Shown: one piece after another, positions 38,454-48,776 of the stretch | How the letters are laid out: each line of letters starts with the position of its first letter | Numbering within the stretch: the stretch's first letter is position 1 | Origin: an uncultured delta proteobacterium | GTDB lineage: Bacteria; Desulfobacterota; Syntrophorhabdia; Syntrophorhabdales; WCHB1-27 | Direction: 5' to 3' | Assembly (NCBI GenBank): GCA_963810935.1 | Contig: CAWEPK010000008.1 | Coordinates: forward strand, 96,001-160,000 | DNA length: 64,000 nucleotides | Position numbers and translations under genes: made by a program | Notes under the pieces: generated by a model | What the model saw: the letters and a program-made list of their open reading frames with translations, nothing else | What the model was told of the DNA's origin: nothing | Databases searched by the model: none

Positions 38454-39044
38454 TTAACCTTTCTGGCGGCTCAGGTAGTCGTATATGGCTTTGTCGTAAT
38501 CGGAGGTAAGAAAGAAGACCTTTTTCGCCAGGTAGAACCGCATCTCTTCCGTGGTACCTCCGTCGTTAGCCTTGATGTTCTCGATTACTTTGGCATAATC
38601 GGCCGGGTCCGTCACAACCGTCACATACTTATAGTTCTTGGCTGCCGCCCTGATCATCGACGGGCCGCCGATGTCGATGTTCTCTATCGCCTCTTCGAAG
38701 GTGCAGCCCTTGGCCACCACCTCTTTGAACGGATAGAGGTTGACGACGATCATGTCTATGTCCTTGATATCCAGGGCCTTCTTGGCGTCCTGGTGTTCCT
38801 TTTTATCCCTGATGTTGAGGATGCCGCCGTGGACCTTCGGGTGGAGCGTCTTCACCCTGCCGTCCATGATCTCCGGGAAACCCGTGTGTTCGCTTATGTC
38901 CTTCGGGTTGACTTTCAGCTCGTCGAGGTACTTCCTGGTGCCCCCGGTCGATATGATCTCTACGCCCAGGCCCTTGAGAAATGGCGCAAGCTCGGCAAGC
39001 CCTGCTTTGTTCGATACGCTTATGATCGCCCTCTGAATTTTCAT
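38454..39044 (-). CDS. purH: IMP cyclohydrolase (PurH N-terminal domain only)
   Basis: [48 protein letters not shown]; ends at 196 aa. Confidence 0.9.
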   Translation of the reverse strand: MKIQRAIISVSNKAGLAELAPFLKGLGVEIISTGGTRKYLDELKVNPKDISEHTGFPEIMDGRVKTLHPKVHGGILNIRDKKEHQDAKKALDIKDIDMIVVNLYPFKEVVAKGCTFEEAIENIDIGGPSMIRAAAKNYKYVTVVTDPADYAKVIENIKANDGGTTEEMRFYLAKKVFFLTSDYDKAIYDYLSRQKG

Positions 39045-39172
39045 CGTCCCCTCTCTTTAGTCCCGCTTTTATGCTTTTTTACGCGGCTGTATCCGACCCT
39101 TACCTTGTTGCGCGAAGACTTATGATAATTTCCGACGCAGTTTTTGTCAACAGGAAATCAAGCGGCAGCCGC

Positions 39173-40111
39173 CTACGTGCCGTCGCCTTCGGGTACGGTG
39201 TAAAACCATTTCCGGCTGACCCTGACGACTTTTATCCGCCCCTCCCTGGCAAGTTCCCGGAGCCCGGCCTTCGCCGTATCGCGCGAAACACCGGTTGTCC
39301 GGACGATATCCTCCAGGGAGAGGGACCTGCGCTTCAGCGTCTCTATCACGGAGGCCTGCCAGGCGCCCCGGCCGGGCGTGCGGGCCTCTCTGTCAAAGGC
39401 TGCTATCACCTCGCAGGCGGGGCCGATGCGCCGGGCAACGGCTGCGAGCTTCCGGCCCTCTACCGGCGTCGCCGTACTTTCCGCCGGCGGACGCGTCACG
39501 GTGTTGAGCTGGACCTTATCCGCCCCGACTCCTGATATTAATTGCTTAAATAAGTCGATACGTTGCGAATCATCGTTAATGTCCTTTATGAGCATTACCT
39601 CGAGCCATATTTTTCCTTTATAGCTCTTGCGGAATGCCTTCAGGCCGGAAAGCAAATGCGCGAGGGAGAGGTCCGCGTGGGGACGGTTGATCTCCTGGAA
39701 GATATCTTCGGAAGCAGCGTCCAGCGACGGAAGGACGAGGTCTGCAAGCGAGGCCTCGCGCCTCACGTCATCCCTGAAGAGAAGCGAGCCGTTCGTGATA
39801 AGGGCGACCGGTATGGCGATCCTCCGTTTAAGCTCCTTTATTATCAAGCCCATGTCCGCGCTCAGGGAAGGCTCCCCCGACCCCGAAAGGCTTATAAAGT
39901 CGATCGCCCTGCCCTCTTCCACTTTCTCCATCACCTGCCGCACAACGAGGTCCGGGTCGGCAAAGCTGCGCCGCTCCGTCTCCTTGTGCGTTGTCCTGCC
40001 TATCTGGCAGTAAATGCAGTCGAATGTGCAATGTTTGTGCGGTATCAGGTCTACGCCGAGCGAAAAGCCAAGCCTTCTCGACGGCACCGGGCCGAAGACA
40101 TGGTGTTCCAT
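39173..40111 (-). CDS. Radical SAM protein with a C-terminal winged-helix-like tail
   Basis: FGPVPSRRLGFSLGVD, CTFDCIYC, GSGEP. Confidence 0.85.
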   Translation of the reverse strand: MEHHVFGPVPSRRLGFSLGVDLIPHKHCTFDCIYCQIGRTTHKETERRSFADPDLVVRQVMEKVEEGRAIDFISLSGSGEPSLSADMGLIIKELKRRIAIPVALITNGSLLFRDDVRREASLADLVLPSLDAASEDIFQEINRPHADLSLAHLLSGLKAFRKSYKGKIWLEVMLIKDINDDSQRIDLFKQLISGVGADKVQLNTVTRPPAESTATPVEGRKLAAVARRIGPACEVIAAFDREARTPGRGAWQASVIETLKRRSLSLEDIVRTTGVSRDTAKAGLRELAREGRIKVVRVSRKWFYTVPEGDGT

Positions 40112-40182
40112 GCCAATAATTTAACCTATCCTGCTGTTTTAAGAAAGGAGGGACAGGCGCATGGCGCGAAAAGATCCAGCCC

Positions 40183-41418
40183 CTATGGCAGGCTCTTGCG
40201 CTTCTCCCAGACCCTGTCGAACTTTCGCAGATATGTGCGTGTTTCCTCGGGCAGTCTGCACGTCCACGAGTTATTGCATTCCCTGGCCGACTTCCGTACC
40301 CTCCCCGGCCCGCAGTTGTATGACGCAGCCAGCATCCTGCCTACCGCCTCCATGTCGTTGCGGGCAGAGACGAGAAGCTTTCTCGACAGGTCGGACAGGT
40401 CGGAATCGAAAAGAAGGAGCGATGCCTTGGCCGCGTTCACATGGTCATTGCTTCCCTGCACGAAATCCCTGTTGAGGGCGGCAGCCGGGTACTTCCTGCG
40501 CAGTCTTTCGTAGGTGGCGGGCATGAATTGGAAAAGGCCCCTAGCTCCCGCCGGGGACTTGCTGTAGGCGTATGCATTTTCAGCATTGGCCCCCAGGACC
40601 GTCAGCACCTCGCGTATGAGGGCGTCCTCCTGCCCGGCGGCACACGATTTGAAGCGCTCCGGGTCCATGTGCTCTATGACCGACAGTACGAAAACGACAT
40701 CCGGGAGCTGGTCCGAATAGAGGAGCGCGCCGAGCGCAGGAAGCCTGACCTGCCGTCTCTCCAGGTCGGCGAGGGCGAGTCCGATCTGGTCCAGCAGGTA
40801 GTCGTAGCCCGCGCGCCGGACCTCGGGCGTGTCGATCTCCGGGCTGTACGGTGTGTAGACTACCTCCTCATAGCCGCCGTAGCGGCCGTGGACGACCGTG
40901 CGGATGGCCAGGACTGCCATGTCCTCCGGGTAGTGGACCTGGAACCTGGAGGCAACGCCGTTATTCTTTAGCCGAGTGACCTGAAAACCGTCGGTGGTGC
41001 AGCCCTTGTCAGTCACCATCACGGCGCGCAACTCCCGCTCGTGAAGGTTTTCCACGGCAAGGAGGAAGTTGGGCGCCACGGTAGTCGTAAAACGCAGCCT
41101 CAGCTTCTTCCTCCCTCTTCTATCTACGATGGTGACCTTCCTCTTTCCGTACTGCTTAACGTATCCTACGCTCCTGTTCTGCAGAAACGCCTGGGCGCGC
41201 TTGATTTCGTCAAGGAGGTTATAAGCCGGGGCCGCGGGCGGCTCGGCTGAGCCATGGGGGGGTGAGATGTAGGTCTCTGTTATGGGACCTTGATCGATGG
41301 CGAGACTATCGGATTGCGCATCGGCAGGCAGCGCCCAAAGGGCAACTGCGCAATGCAGCGTCGCGGCGACAACGAGCAAAAGGAGCCGTCCGTGTATGCC
41401 GCCGTCTTTATAAACCAT
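40183..41418 (-). CDS. Secreted protein with a C-terminal SLT lytic transglycosylase domain
   Basis: Signal peptide; SPAGARGLFQFMPATY, ASYNCGPG, PEETRTY. Confidence 0.75.
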   Translation of the reverse strand: MVYKDGGIHGRLLLLVVAATLHCAVALWALPADAQSDSLAIDQGPITETYISPPHGSAEPPAAPAYNLLDEIKRAQAFLQNRSVGYVKQYGKRKVTIVDRRGRKKLRLRFTTTVAPNFLLAVENLHERELRAVMVTDKGCTTDGFQVTRLKNNGVASRFQVHYPEDMAVLAIRTVVHGRYGGYEEVVYTPYSPEIDTPEVRRAGYDYLLDQIGLALADLERRQVRLPALGALLYSDQLPDVVFVLSVIEHMDPERFKSCAAGQEDALIREVLTVLGANAENAYAYSKSPAGARGLFQFMPATYERLRRKYPAAALNRDFVQGSNDHVNAAKASLLLFDSDLSDLSRKLLVSARNDMEAVGRMLAASYNCGPGRVRKSARECNNSWTCRLPEETRTYLRKFDRVWEKRKSLP

Positions 41419-41547
41419 GTTGTCCTTCGCGCTCCTCCTTTTAGGGCCGAAATCCGCCTCCTGCTTCCATCATTCTCTTCGACCTTCGAGGTATTGTCAA
41501 CAAAAAACAAACTACAATGATTCAGTCTCGTTGCAGGTATTTAAACC

Positions 41548-42311
41548 TTAGAATTTCCGGCCGATGATCATTTTGAGAACGAGGCCGTCGGACGCATGGG
41601 TGAGACCCACGCCCGCGCCGAAATTGAGGTCCCATGAAGGCACCAGCCCCAGGTCGATAACGGAGAAAAGCTGGTGCTGCTGGTCACGGCCCGCATCAAA
41701 GCTTTGTAGCGGCCCGAAGAAAGAGTAGTACTCGAAGCCAAGGGCTACCTTCGGCACGACGTCGTAGCTACCCTTGAAGCCTTGGCTGAACTCGAAGCCG
41801 CGATAGGTGTTCTTGCCGCTGATGGCATGGACAAACTCCGGGTTGGCTGCGAAATACCACCGGCCAAACCGCTTGTCGATGATAGGGACGATGTCGAGGG
41901 TAACCTTGTCCTCGGAAAAGGCGCGGCGCTGGTACGTGACTGCGGTCCCGAAGCCCAGGCCCACGGGCAGGCCCCAACTCTCCGGCGCGCGCACGCGTGG
42001 GAAGATGCGCTCCCCGACCCACTGGCCGTCCATGCCGGGCTGCACGGTCGCCGCACTATATAATGCGCACTCGAACCACGACGAAAAGCCGTAGGCGACC
42101 TCAAGGCTTTCATTGAGCACGTGCTGGTTGGGCAGGACGCCGTCAACCTTCCGCGTAGTGCCGCTGATCGCCATATTGCTGTGCAGGTCGATATCCGCGT
42201 GTCCTGCCTCGGCAATCTCCGAGGGATGAACAACGATCTCGAAATTGCTTTCCGAAGAATAGGCGGCGACGGGCAGAAAAATGAAGAGCGCCAACAGGAA
42301 GCCGGTCCTTA
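41548..42311 (-). CDS. Hypothetical exported protein, probably an outer-membrane beta-barrel (start uncertain)
   Basis: Signal-like FLLALFIFLPVAAYS; alternating aromatic strands; C-terminal Phe (IGRKF). Confidence 0.6.
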
Positions 42312-42343
42312 CATCTTTTGACGACGTCCGGGTTCCGGGATTA

Positions 42344-43513
42344 TCAGAGGCCACGCAGCCAGACCGAGAGCCTTTCGCACCCATCCTGAAGCATATCGAG
42401 CCTGTTGGCATATGAGAAGCGCACGTGCGCGCCCGCCCGGTATGCGCCGAAGTCGTAGCCCGGTGTAATGGCCACTTTTGCCTCTTTAAGCGCTCTTTGG
42501 ACGAACTCCATGCTGTCGAGCCGCCACCTCTCGATGCCGGCATAGATATAAAAGGCGCCCTCAGGCCAGGCCCGAACGTCGAAACCAAGCTCTTTAAGCT
42601 TCGGGTAGAGGAAAGCCCGCCTTTCACGGTAGGTATCTTTCATCGCCTCGATGTCGGAAACGGCATCGAAGGCGTCGAGTGCCGCATATTGGGCTATCGT
42701 AGACGCGGATATAAAGACGTTCTGCGCCACCTTCTGTATCGGACGCACGAGCCACGGGGGCACCACGAGCCAGCCGAGCCGCCAGCCCGTCATGGCAAAT
42801 GACTTCGAGAAACCGTCGATCAATACAATCTCGTCCGATACGGTGAGGGCCGACGGGAATTTCCCGTCATACGTAAGTCCCGAATAAATCTCGTCGACGG
42901 CGAGGCAGTCGCCCTTTGCAGCAACCGAGGCGGCAAGGCGCGACAATGACTCCGCGCTGTAGATACTCCCTGTCGGGTTCGAGGGGCTGCATATCATCAG
43001 CATATGGGGCTCAGCCCCGCACGCTTCGATCTGCGCGGGCGTAACCTCAAACCGCGTCTCCTCGGAGACGGGAAGCGAAATGACGCGCGCGTCGAAGAGC
43101 GTGCCGAAATTGCGATAGCAGGGGTAGCCGGGGTCCGAGACGAGGAGGTTCCTGCTCGCGTCAAGCAGGACGGCGCACAAAAGAAAAAATGCGCCGGACG
43201 TGCCGTTCGTTATGATGATCCTGTCCGCAGGCACCCGGACGCCGTAGGATTCCTGGTAATGGGCGGCAATGCGCTCGCGCAGGGCGGGAAGGCCCAGGCT
43301 GTGAGAATAGAAGGTGCGCCCTTCTTCGATGGCCCTCACCCCCGCCTGCCTTATCGAAGGAGGCGTTGTGAAATCTGGCTCCCCTATCTCCATGTGGACG
43401 ATATTCTCGCCACGCGCCTCCATTTCCTGCGCCTGCTCGGAAAGCTCCACCACGTAGAAGGGCGTAATCTTCCCCGCCCGCTCGGTGCATCCAAGAAATT
43501 TCTGCTCTGACAT
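42344..43513 (-). CDS. PLP-dependent aminotransferase class I/II
   Basis: IGEPDF, SPSNPTG, DEIY, GFSKSFAMTGWRLG. Confidence 0.92.
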   Translation of the reverse strand: MSEQKFLGCTERAGKITPFYVVELSEQAQEMEARGENIVHMEIGEPDFTTPPSIRQAGVRAIEEGRTFYSHSLGLPALRERIAAHYQESYGVRVPADRIIITNGTSGAFFLLCAVLLDASRNLLVSDPGYPCYRNFGTLFDARVISLPVSEETRFEVTPAQIEACGAEPHMLMICSPSNPTGSIYSAESLSRLAASVAAKGDCLAVDEIYSGLTYDGKFPSALTVSDEIVLIDGFSKSFAMTGWRLGWLVVPPWLVRPIQKVAQNVFISASTIAQYAALDAFDAVSDIEAMKDTYRERRAFLYPKLKELGFDVRAWPEGAFYIYAGIERWRLDSMEFVQRALKEAKVAITPGYDFGAYRAGAHVRFSYANRLDMLQDGCERLSVWLRGL

Positions 43514-43576
43514 GTCAGTAATTTACCACAACCCGCGCGGAAGCGGCAAGGGAGAGCCAATTGGTCTGGTGTAACG

Positions 43577-44108
43577 TCAAGGCGCGTCTACGCGCTTCAT
43601 AGCCCCTTTCAGGTATTTTGCGGCAAGGCCCATGTACCGACTCGACTGCGCCCTTCCAGAATTCCTTTTCAGTCTCCCTCACCTCGCGCAGCCTTTTCGC
43701 GGGGTTTCCCGCGACGACGACTGAAGGCGGTATCTTCCCGCCCTGCACGACAACTGCCCCTTCCGCCACGACCGTCCCGGCCCCGACATCAACCGCCAGG
43801 CTCAATATCGCGCCCATGCCTATGGCGCACGATTCGCCCACGCTCGTCGCGTGAATGATCGCGCCGTGACCGACGATCACGTGCGCCCCTATCCGGCAGG
43901 ACCCCAGCGGGGGCGCGTGGACTATAACGCCTTCTTCTATCGCGGTCCCGTCGCCTATCTCGATAACACCGTAATCGGCCCTGATTATCGCTCCGTGGCC
44001 GATATAGCAGTCTTTCCCGGTCCTGACGTCGCCTATGACGGCCGCAGTCTCGCTTACATACGTCCCCTCCCCTATGAAAGGCCGCCTTCCCTCGAACGCA
44101 TAAAGCAT
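43577..44108 (-). CDS. Gamma-carbonic-anhydrase-like hexapeptide repeat protein (apparent +1 frameshift near 43640)
   Basis: AVIGDV, IIRADY, IVH, VGHGAIIH, AGNPAK; the corrected C-terminus ERYMGLAAKY...DAP stops at 43577. Confidence 0.85.
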
Positions 44109-44145
44109 TCTTTCTCCTCCATTCAGTGCGACAGTCTGCGACAGG

Positions 44146-44832
44146 TCAGTGCAGCGAGCCGGTGCCGGACGAAAGGGCTTCCAGCTTACCCCTGTCGAGT
44201 ATTTTGATTCTTCGCCCGTCTACCTCTATGATCGCGTCGCTCGTCATCTTGCCGAGTGTGCGGGAAACCGTCTCTGGCATCGTCCCGAGCACGTTGGCAA
44301 GGAGCGCCTTCGGTATGTCGAGCTGCACTATGGCGGCGCCGTTATCGCGGTCGCTCAGGTAAATAAGATAGGAAGCGAGCCTGCCGGGCGCCTCCCTGAG
44401 AGAGAGTTGCTCGACAAGCCCGGCAAACTGCCTGAGGCGCTGGGAAAGCAGCGCCAGCATATTCATTGCGAATGACGGGTCCTCCCTTATGAGGCCGATG
44501 AACGCGGCGCCGGGAAGGAAGAGGAGACGGCTTTCCTCGATGGCCTGTGCGTGGGCCGGGAACCTGCCGCCCGCAAAGACGGGCACCTCGCCGAAAGGTT
44601 CCTGAAACCCCATAATGTGTAAAACCTGCTCCCTGCCGTCCGCCGACAGCTTGAATATCTTCACCCGCCCCGTCATGGGTATGTAAAACCCGTCCGCCGG
44701 GTCTCCGTCGGAAAAAACGGCCTCGCCGCGCCTGTACTTCCGGCTTTCGGCGATACCGGCTATCTTCTCTATCTGGCCGTCCGGAAGACCCTGGAAGAGC
44801 GGCACGTTGGCGATAAAGGACACGATATCCAT
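44146..44832 (-). CDS. hcpR: Crp/Fnr family regulator HcpR
   Basis: cNMP-binding fold (GRVKIFK, FGEV) and HTH LGTMPETVSR; divergent from hcp. Confidence 0.85.
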   Translation of the reverse strand: MDIVSFIANVPLFQGLPDGQIEKIAGIAESRKYRRGEAVFSDGDPADGFYIPMTGRVKIFKLSADGREQVLHIMGFQEPFGEVPVFAGGRFPAHAQAIEESRLLFLPGAAFIGLIREDPSFAMNMLALLSQRLRQFAGLVEQLSLREAPGRLASYLIYLSDRDNGAAIVQLDIPKALLANVLGTMPETVSRTLGKMTSDAIIEVDGRRIKILDRGKLEALSSGTGSLH

Positions 44833-44891
44833 AAACCGTTTTTACCACAGGTCGCCGGCCGTGCACAAGCGCAGCCGCCCTTTACGCGAAT

Positions 44892-44909
44892 CCTTGACCT
44901 GCATCAAGG
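44892..44909. promoter_or_regulatory. HcpR/Fnr-type binding site
   Basis: Palindrome CCTTGAC-CTGC-ATCAAGG between hcpR and hcp (TTGA-N6-TCAA). Confidence 0.8.
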
Positions 44910-44977
44910 TCTTTTAGAACCGCGATGTTTACAATAACTATACTAAGCTCGTGAAAATTCAATGAAAGGGGGAATAT

Positions 44978-46615
44978 ATGTTTTGTTACCAGTGTGAGCA
45001 AACCGCCAAGGGTGAAGGATGCACGGTGATGGGCGTGTGCGGCAAATCCCATGAGATAGCCAGCCTCCAGGACCTGCTCGTCGAGGCGCTGAAGGGCCTG
45101 GCCCTGTTTGCCGTGGAAGGCAGAAAAGTAGGCGTTGTAGATAACGACGTCAACATATTCACCTTCAACGCGCTTTTTTCGACGCTTACCAACGTCAACT
45201 ACGACGCGGAAAGGTTCGTCGACTACGTGCGCGAGGCCGTCCATCTGAGGGACAGGCTCAAGCGGGAAAGTGGCGGCGGCGGGCGGAAAGACGGATTTCT
45301 CCGAAAGCTGCGCGACCCTGAAACCCGCATCGACCGAAAGCCGAGATGGTGAAGCAGGGCGAGGACTTGCGGCTGATGTCCGGGCCGTCGAGCGACCGCG
45401 ACATCCGGTCGCTCCAGCATACGCTCCTGTTCGGCCTTAAAGGGATATCCGCCTACGCCGAGCATGCGGCGATACTTGGTAAGAAGGACGATGCGATCCC
45501 CGCGTTCATCCATGAGGCGCTTGCAGCGATCGCGCGCAACGACGCGGCGATGGGAGTCAACGAATGGGTCGGCCTCGTACTCAAATGCGGCCAGGTTAAC
45601 TTGCGGACTATGGAAGTCCTCGACGCTGCCAATACGGGCGTCTACGGCAACCCTGTGCCTACGCGCGTGCCGCTCGGCACGCAGGAAAGGCCATGCGATC
45701 CTCGTCTCCGGCCACGACCTGAAGGACCTCGAAGAGGTGCTCAAGCAGAGCGAGGGCAAAGGCATCTACGTCTATACCCACGGCGAGATGCTCCCCACCC
45801 ACGGTTATCCCGAATTGAAGAAGTACCCCCATTTCTACGGCCACTTCGGGACTGCATGGCAGAACCAGATGAAGGAATTCCCGCAGTTCCCCGGCGCGAT
45901 CCTGCTCACCACTAACTGCCTGATGCGCGTGCAGCAGGCATATCAGGACAATATCTTTACGCGCGGCCCGGTGGGCTGGCCGGGCGTCCAGCACCTCGAG
46001 AGCAGGGATTTCACCGCCCTGATCCAGAAGGCGCTCGCTATGCCGGGCTTCACCGAAGACAAAAACGGCAAGTCCGTAATGACCGGCTTCGGGCACGAGA
46101 CGGTAATGGGCGTAGCCGGAAAGGTGATAGAGGCGGTCAAGGGCAAGCAAATCCGCCGCTTCTTCCTCGTCGCAGGCTGCGACGGCGCGAAGCCGGGGCG
46201 CAACTACTATACGGAGTTCGTCGAGAAGGTGCCGAAGGACTGTGTGGTCCTCACGCTCGCCTGCGGCAAGTTCCGTTTCTTCGACAAGGATCTGGGCGAT
46301 ATCGGCGGCATCCCCAGGCTGCTCGACGTAGGCCAGTGCAACGACGCCTATTCGGCGATCAGGATCGCCCAGGCTCTGGCGGACGCGTTCGGCATCGGCG
46401 TGAACGACCTGCCCCTCTCGTTCGTTCTCTCGTGGTACGAGCAGAAGGCCGTTGCCATTCTTCTGACGCTGCTCTATCTCGGCATTAAGAACATGCGCCT
46501 CGGGCCGTCATTACCCGCCTTCCTCTCCCCCAACGTCCTCGATCTGCTGGTCAAGAACTATGATATAAAGCCTATCGGGACAGCGGAGGGAGACCTGAAG
46601 GCGATATTAGGGTAA
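44978..46615 (+). CDS. hcp: Hybrid cluster protein (three apparent +1 frameshifts near 45263, 45336 and 45683)
   Basis: [11 protein letters not shown]...[46 protein letters not shown] spread across three ORFs. Confidence 0.93.
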
Positions 46616-46644
46616 GGCGCTTGACTCGGTAAGGAGAAATTAGG

Positions 46645-46948
46645 ATGAAATGCCCAGGACAGGACATGCGCTACTGGAAGCCGGGCGACATTTACGAGAT
46701 CGCCTGCCCTGCTTGCGGCCGAGCCGTCGAATTCTTCAAGGACGAGACGACAAGGCGCTGCAAGGGCTGCCACCAAATAGTGGCGAACCCCAGGATCGAT
46801 TTCGGATGCGCTGCCTACTGCGAACACGCTGCCGCCTGCCTGGGCGAGATAGGGCCGGAGCTGGCCGCGCTGCGCGAGGGGCCGGCTGCGGCCGCCCCCC
46901 GGAGGGCTGCTGTGCAACCTCCACCGCAAGGAGAAAAAAAGAGAATGA
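46645..46948 (+). CDS. Small Cys-rich protein (in frame with the next gene as sequenced)
   Basis: MKCPGQD..CPAC...EFFKDE..RRCKGC...NPRIDFGCAAYC....C; the next gene has its own AAGGAG ribosome-binding site, and removing one A in the run at 46934-46940 creates an ATGA stop/start overlap. Confidence 0.7.
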
Positions 46949-47706
46949 AGGTTCAAAGAAAGATTATCGAGATAGACGAGGACCGCTGTACCGGGTGCGG
47001 AGAGTGCGTCAGCGCGTGCGCGGAGGGCGCGCTTGCGATAGTCGACGGCAAGGCGCGGCTCGTGTCCGATAATTACTGCGACGGCCTGGGCGCCTGCCTG
47101 GGCGAATGTCCTGAAGGGGCGTTAAAGGTAACGGAACGGGAGTCAGAAGTCTTCGACGCGCAGGCCGTCGAAGAGCACGCCAGGGCAACGGCCGCAGTTG
47201 CCGCAGGCGCTGCCGGGCCTGCGGCCGCCATGCCCTGCGGGTGTCCGTCGAGCGATGTCCGGGTCTTCCCTTCATCGATGCTTACCGGCGTAAGGCAGGA
47301 GGTCGCCTCCGGGCGGGGCGGCGCCGCCGAAGAGCTGCCTTCTGCGCTCGGCCACTGGCCGGTGCAGATAAAGCTCATCCCCGCAGACGCCGCCTTCCTC
47401 AAAGGGGCGGACCTGCTCGTCGCAGCCGATTGCACGCCGCTGGCCTACGCGGGCTTCCACAGGGACCTGCTGCCCGGGAAGGCGGTCATGCTCGGCTGCC
47501 CCAAGTTCGACGACGTCGCGGAGTATACGTCGAAGTTCACGGATATTTTCAAGACCGCCGGCATCCGCAGCATTACCGTCGTCGAAATGGAGGTCCCCTG
47601 CTGCTCCCGCCTGCCCGCCCTTATAAAAACCGCCTTACTGCGCGCAGGCAAAGAGATCCCCATCCAGCAGATCGTCATAAGCCGGACGGGGAAGATAATC
47701 CATTAA
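46945..47706 (+). CDS. Hcp-associated 4Fe-4S ferredoxin-like protein (FrdX-type)
   Basis: CTGCGECVSAC, CDGLGACLGEC, HWPVQI, AADC, GCPK, MEVPCC. Confidence 0.85.
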   Translation: MKVQRKIIEIDEDRCTGCGECVSACAEGALAIVDGKARLVSDNYCDGLGACLGECPEGALKVTERESEVFDAQAVEEHARATAAVAAGAAGPAAAMPCGCPSSDVRVFPSSMLTGVRQEVASGRGGAAEELPSALGHWPVQIKLIPADAAFLKGADLLVAADCTPLAYAGFHRDLLPGKAVMLGCPKFDDVAEYTSKFTDIFKTAGIRSITVVEMEVPCCSRLPALIKTALLRAGKEIPIQQIVISRTGKIIH

Positions 47707-47795
47707 GCAGATACCACTCACCCCCAGAGGGAGAGGGCCACAATTGCCGCTCAATGTCTTGATATTTGGGGGGTTTTGTGTGATAATAGGCCCCT

Positions 47796-48419
47796 ATGGG
47801 CCTACTCCGCCTCCTTTTCAGCGACCCGGCAACGTTTATACTGCTGGTCATCCCGCTGCTCTATTCCGTCATCATCCATGAAATGGCCCACGGCTGGGTC
47901 GCGGACAAAATGGGCGACTCCACGGCCCGGTGGCTCGGCAGGCTTAGCTTCAACCCGATGCGCCACCTGGACCCCATCGGAACGATCATGTTGTTTGTGT
48001 TCGGTTTCGGCTGGGCGAAGCCCGTCCCTGTGAACTTCAACAATCTGAGGAACTACAGGAGGGGCCTCATATTCGTCTCGGCCGCAGGCATCGTGGCCAA
48101 CATACTGCTCGCTTTTCTCGCGATGCTCGTGCTGTCAACAGTGCACTTCAGCCTGTTCAGCCCCATGTCGAGGGGGCTTCAATACCTGGCACAGATAAAC
48201 ATCATGCTTGCTTCTTTTAACCTGATCCCGATACCGCCTCTCGACGGATCGAAGATCCTGATGGGCTTCTCATCAAGGAATTTCCAGTATACGCTTGCAA
48301 GGCTGGAGCCTTACGGGTTCTTCGTCATCATAGCGCTCCTCTACCTCGGCGTCCTGGATCCCCTGATCTCGTTCTTTCAATGGCTCATCATGACGCTGAT
48401 CGGCCTGATAATAGGATAA
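47796..48419 (+). CDS. Site-2 protease family (M50) membrane protein
   Basis: HEMAHG, GWAKPVP, FNLIPIPPLDG. Confidence 0.92.
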   Translation: MGLLRLLFSDPATFILLVIPLLYSVIIHEMAHGWVADKMGDSTARWLGRLSFNPMRHLDPIGTIMLFVFGFGWAKPVPVNFNNLRNYRRGLIFVSAAGIVANILLAFLAMLVLSTVHFSLFSPMSRGLQYLAQINIMLASFNLIPIPPLDGSKILMGFSSRNFQYTLARLEPYGFFVIIALLYLGVLDPLISFFQWLIMTLIGLIIG

Positions 48420-48429
48420 TCTCCGACTC

Positions 48430-48714
48430 CTACCTCAATCCTTCAGCCACTTCCGATTTTACCTCCTCTTTCTTCTGCTGGAATACCTCGGCCCCTTTCT
48501 GCATGGCCGTAGAGATACGTCCCTTGGCCTGGTCATAGTAACCGCCGGCCTTCTCCTTTGCATCCTGGGCTATGTCCTTGATATGCTCCCTCGTCTGGCG
48601 CCCCGACTTGGGCGCGAAGAGCAGGGCCGCGGCCGCCCCGAGCAATCCACCGAGTATGAACGCCAGAAACCACGATCCGCTGCTCGACTCCAATTCGCTC
48701 TCCTCGTACTTCAT
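48430..48714 (-). CDS. YtxH domain protein
   Basis: FILGGLLGAAAALLFAPKSGRQTRE. Confidence 0.88.
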   Translation of the reverse strand: MKYEESELESSSGSWFLAFILGGLLGAAAALLFAPKSGRQTREHIKDIAQDAKEKAGGYYDQAKGRISTAMQKGAEVFQQKKEEVKSEVAEGLR

Positions 48715-48776
48715 GCTCTTCCTCCTTTGCGTTTGCGCTGCATGTTGTATGTTGCCGCGTCACCCGTAAGCGAACG

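Noticed and set aside
44978..46615. Three-gene split hcp or programmed frameshifting
   Set aside because: Three separate +1 insertions restore one canonical Hcp, and there are no slippery sequences at the junctions.
46645..47706. Novel 353-aa fusion protein
   Set aside because: An internal AAGGAG ribosome-binding site and an A homopolymer at the junction indicate two genes; removing one A gives a standard ATGA overlap. Kept only as an item to check.
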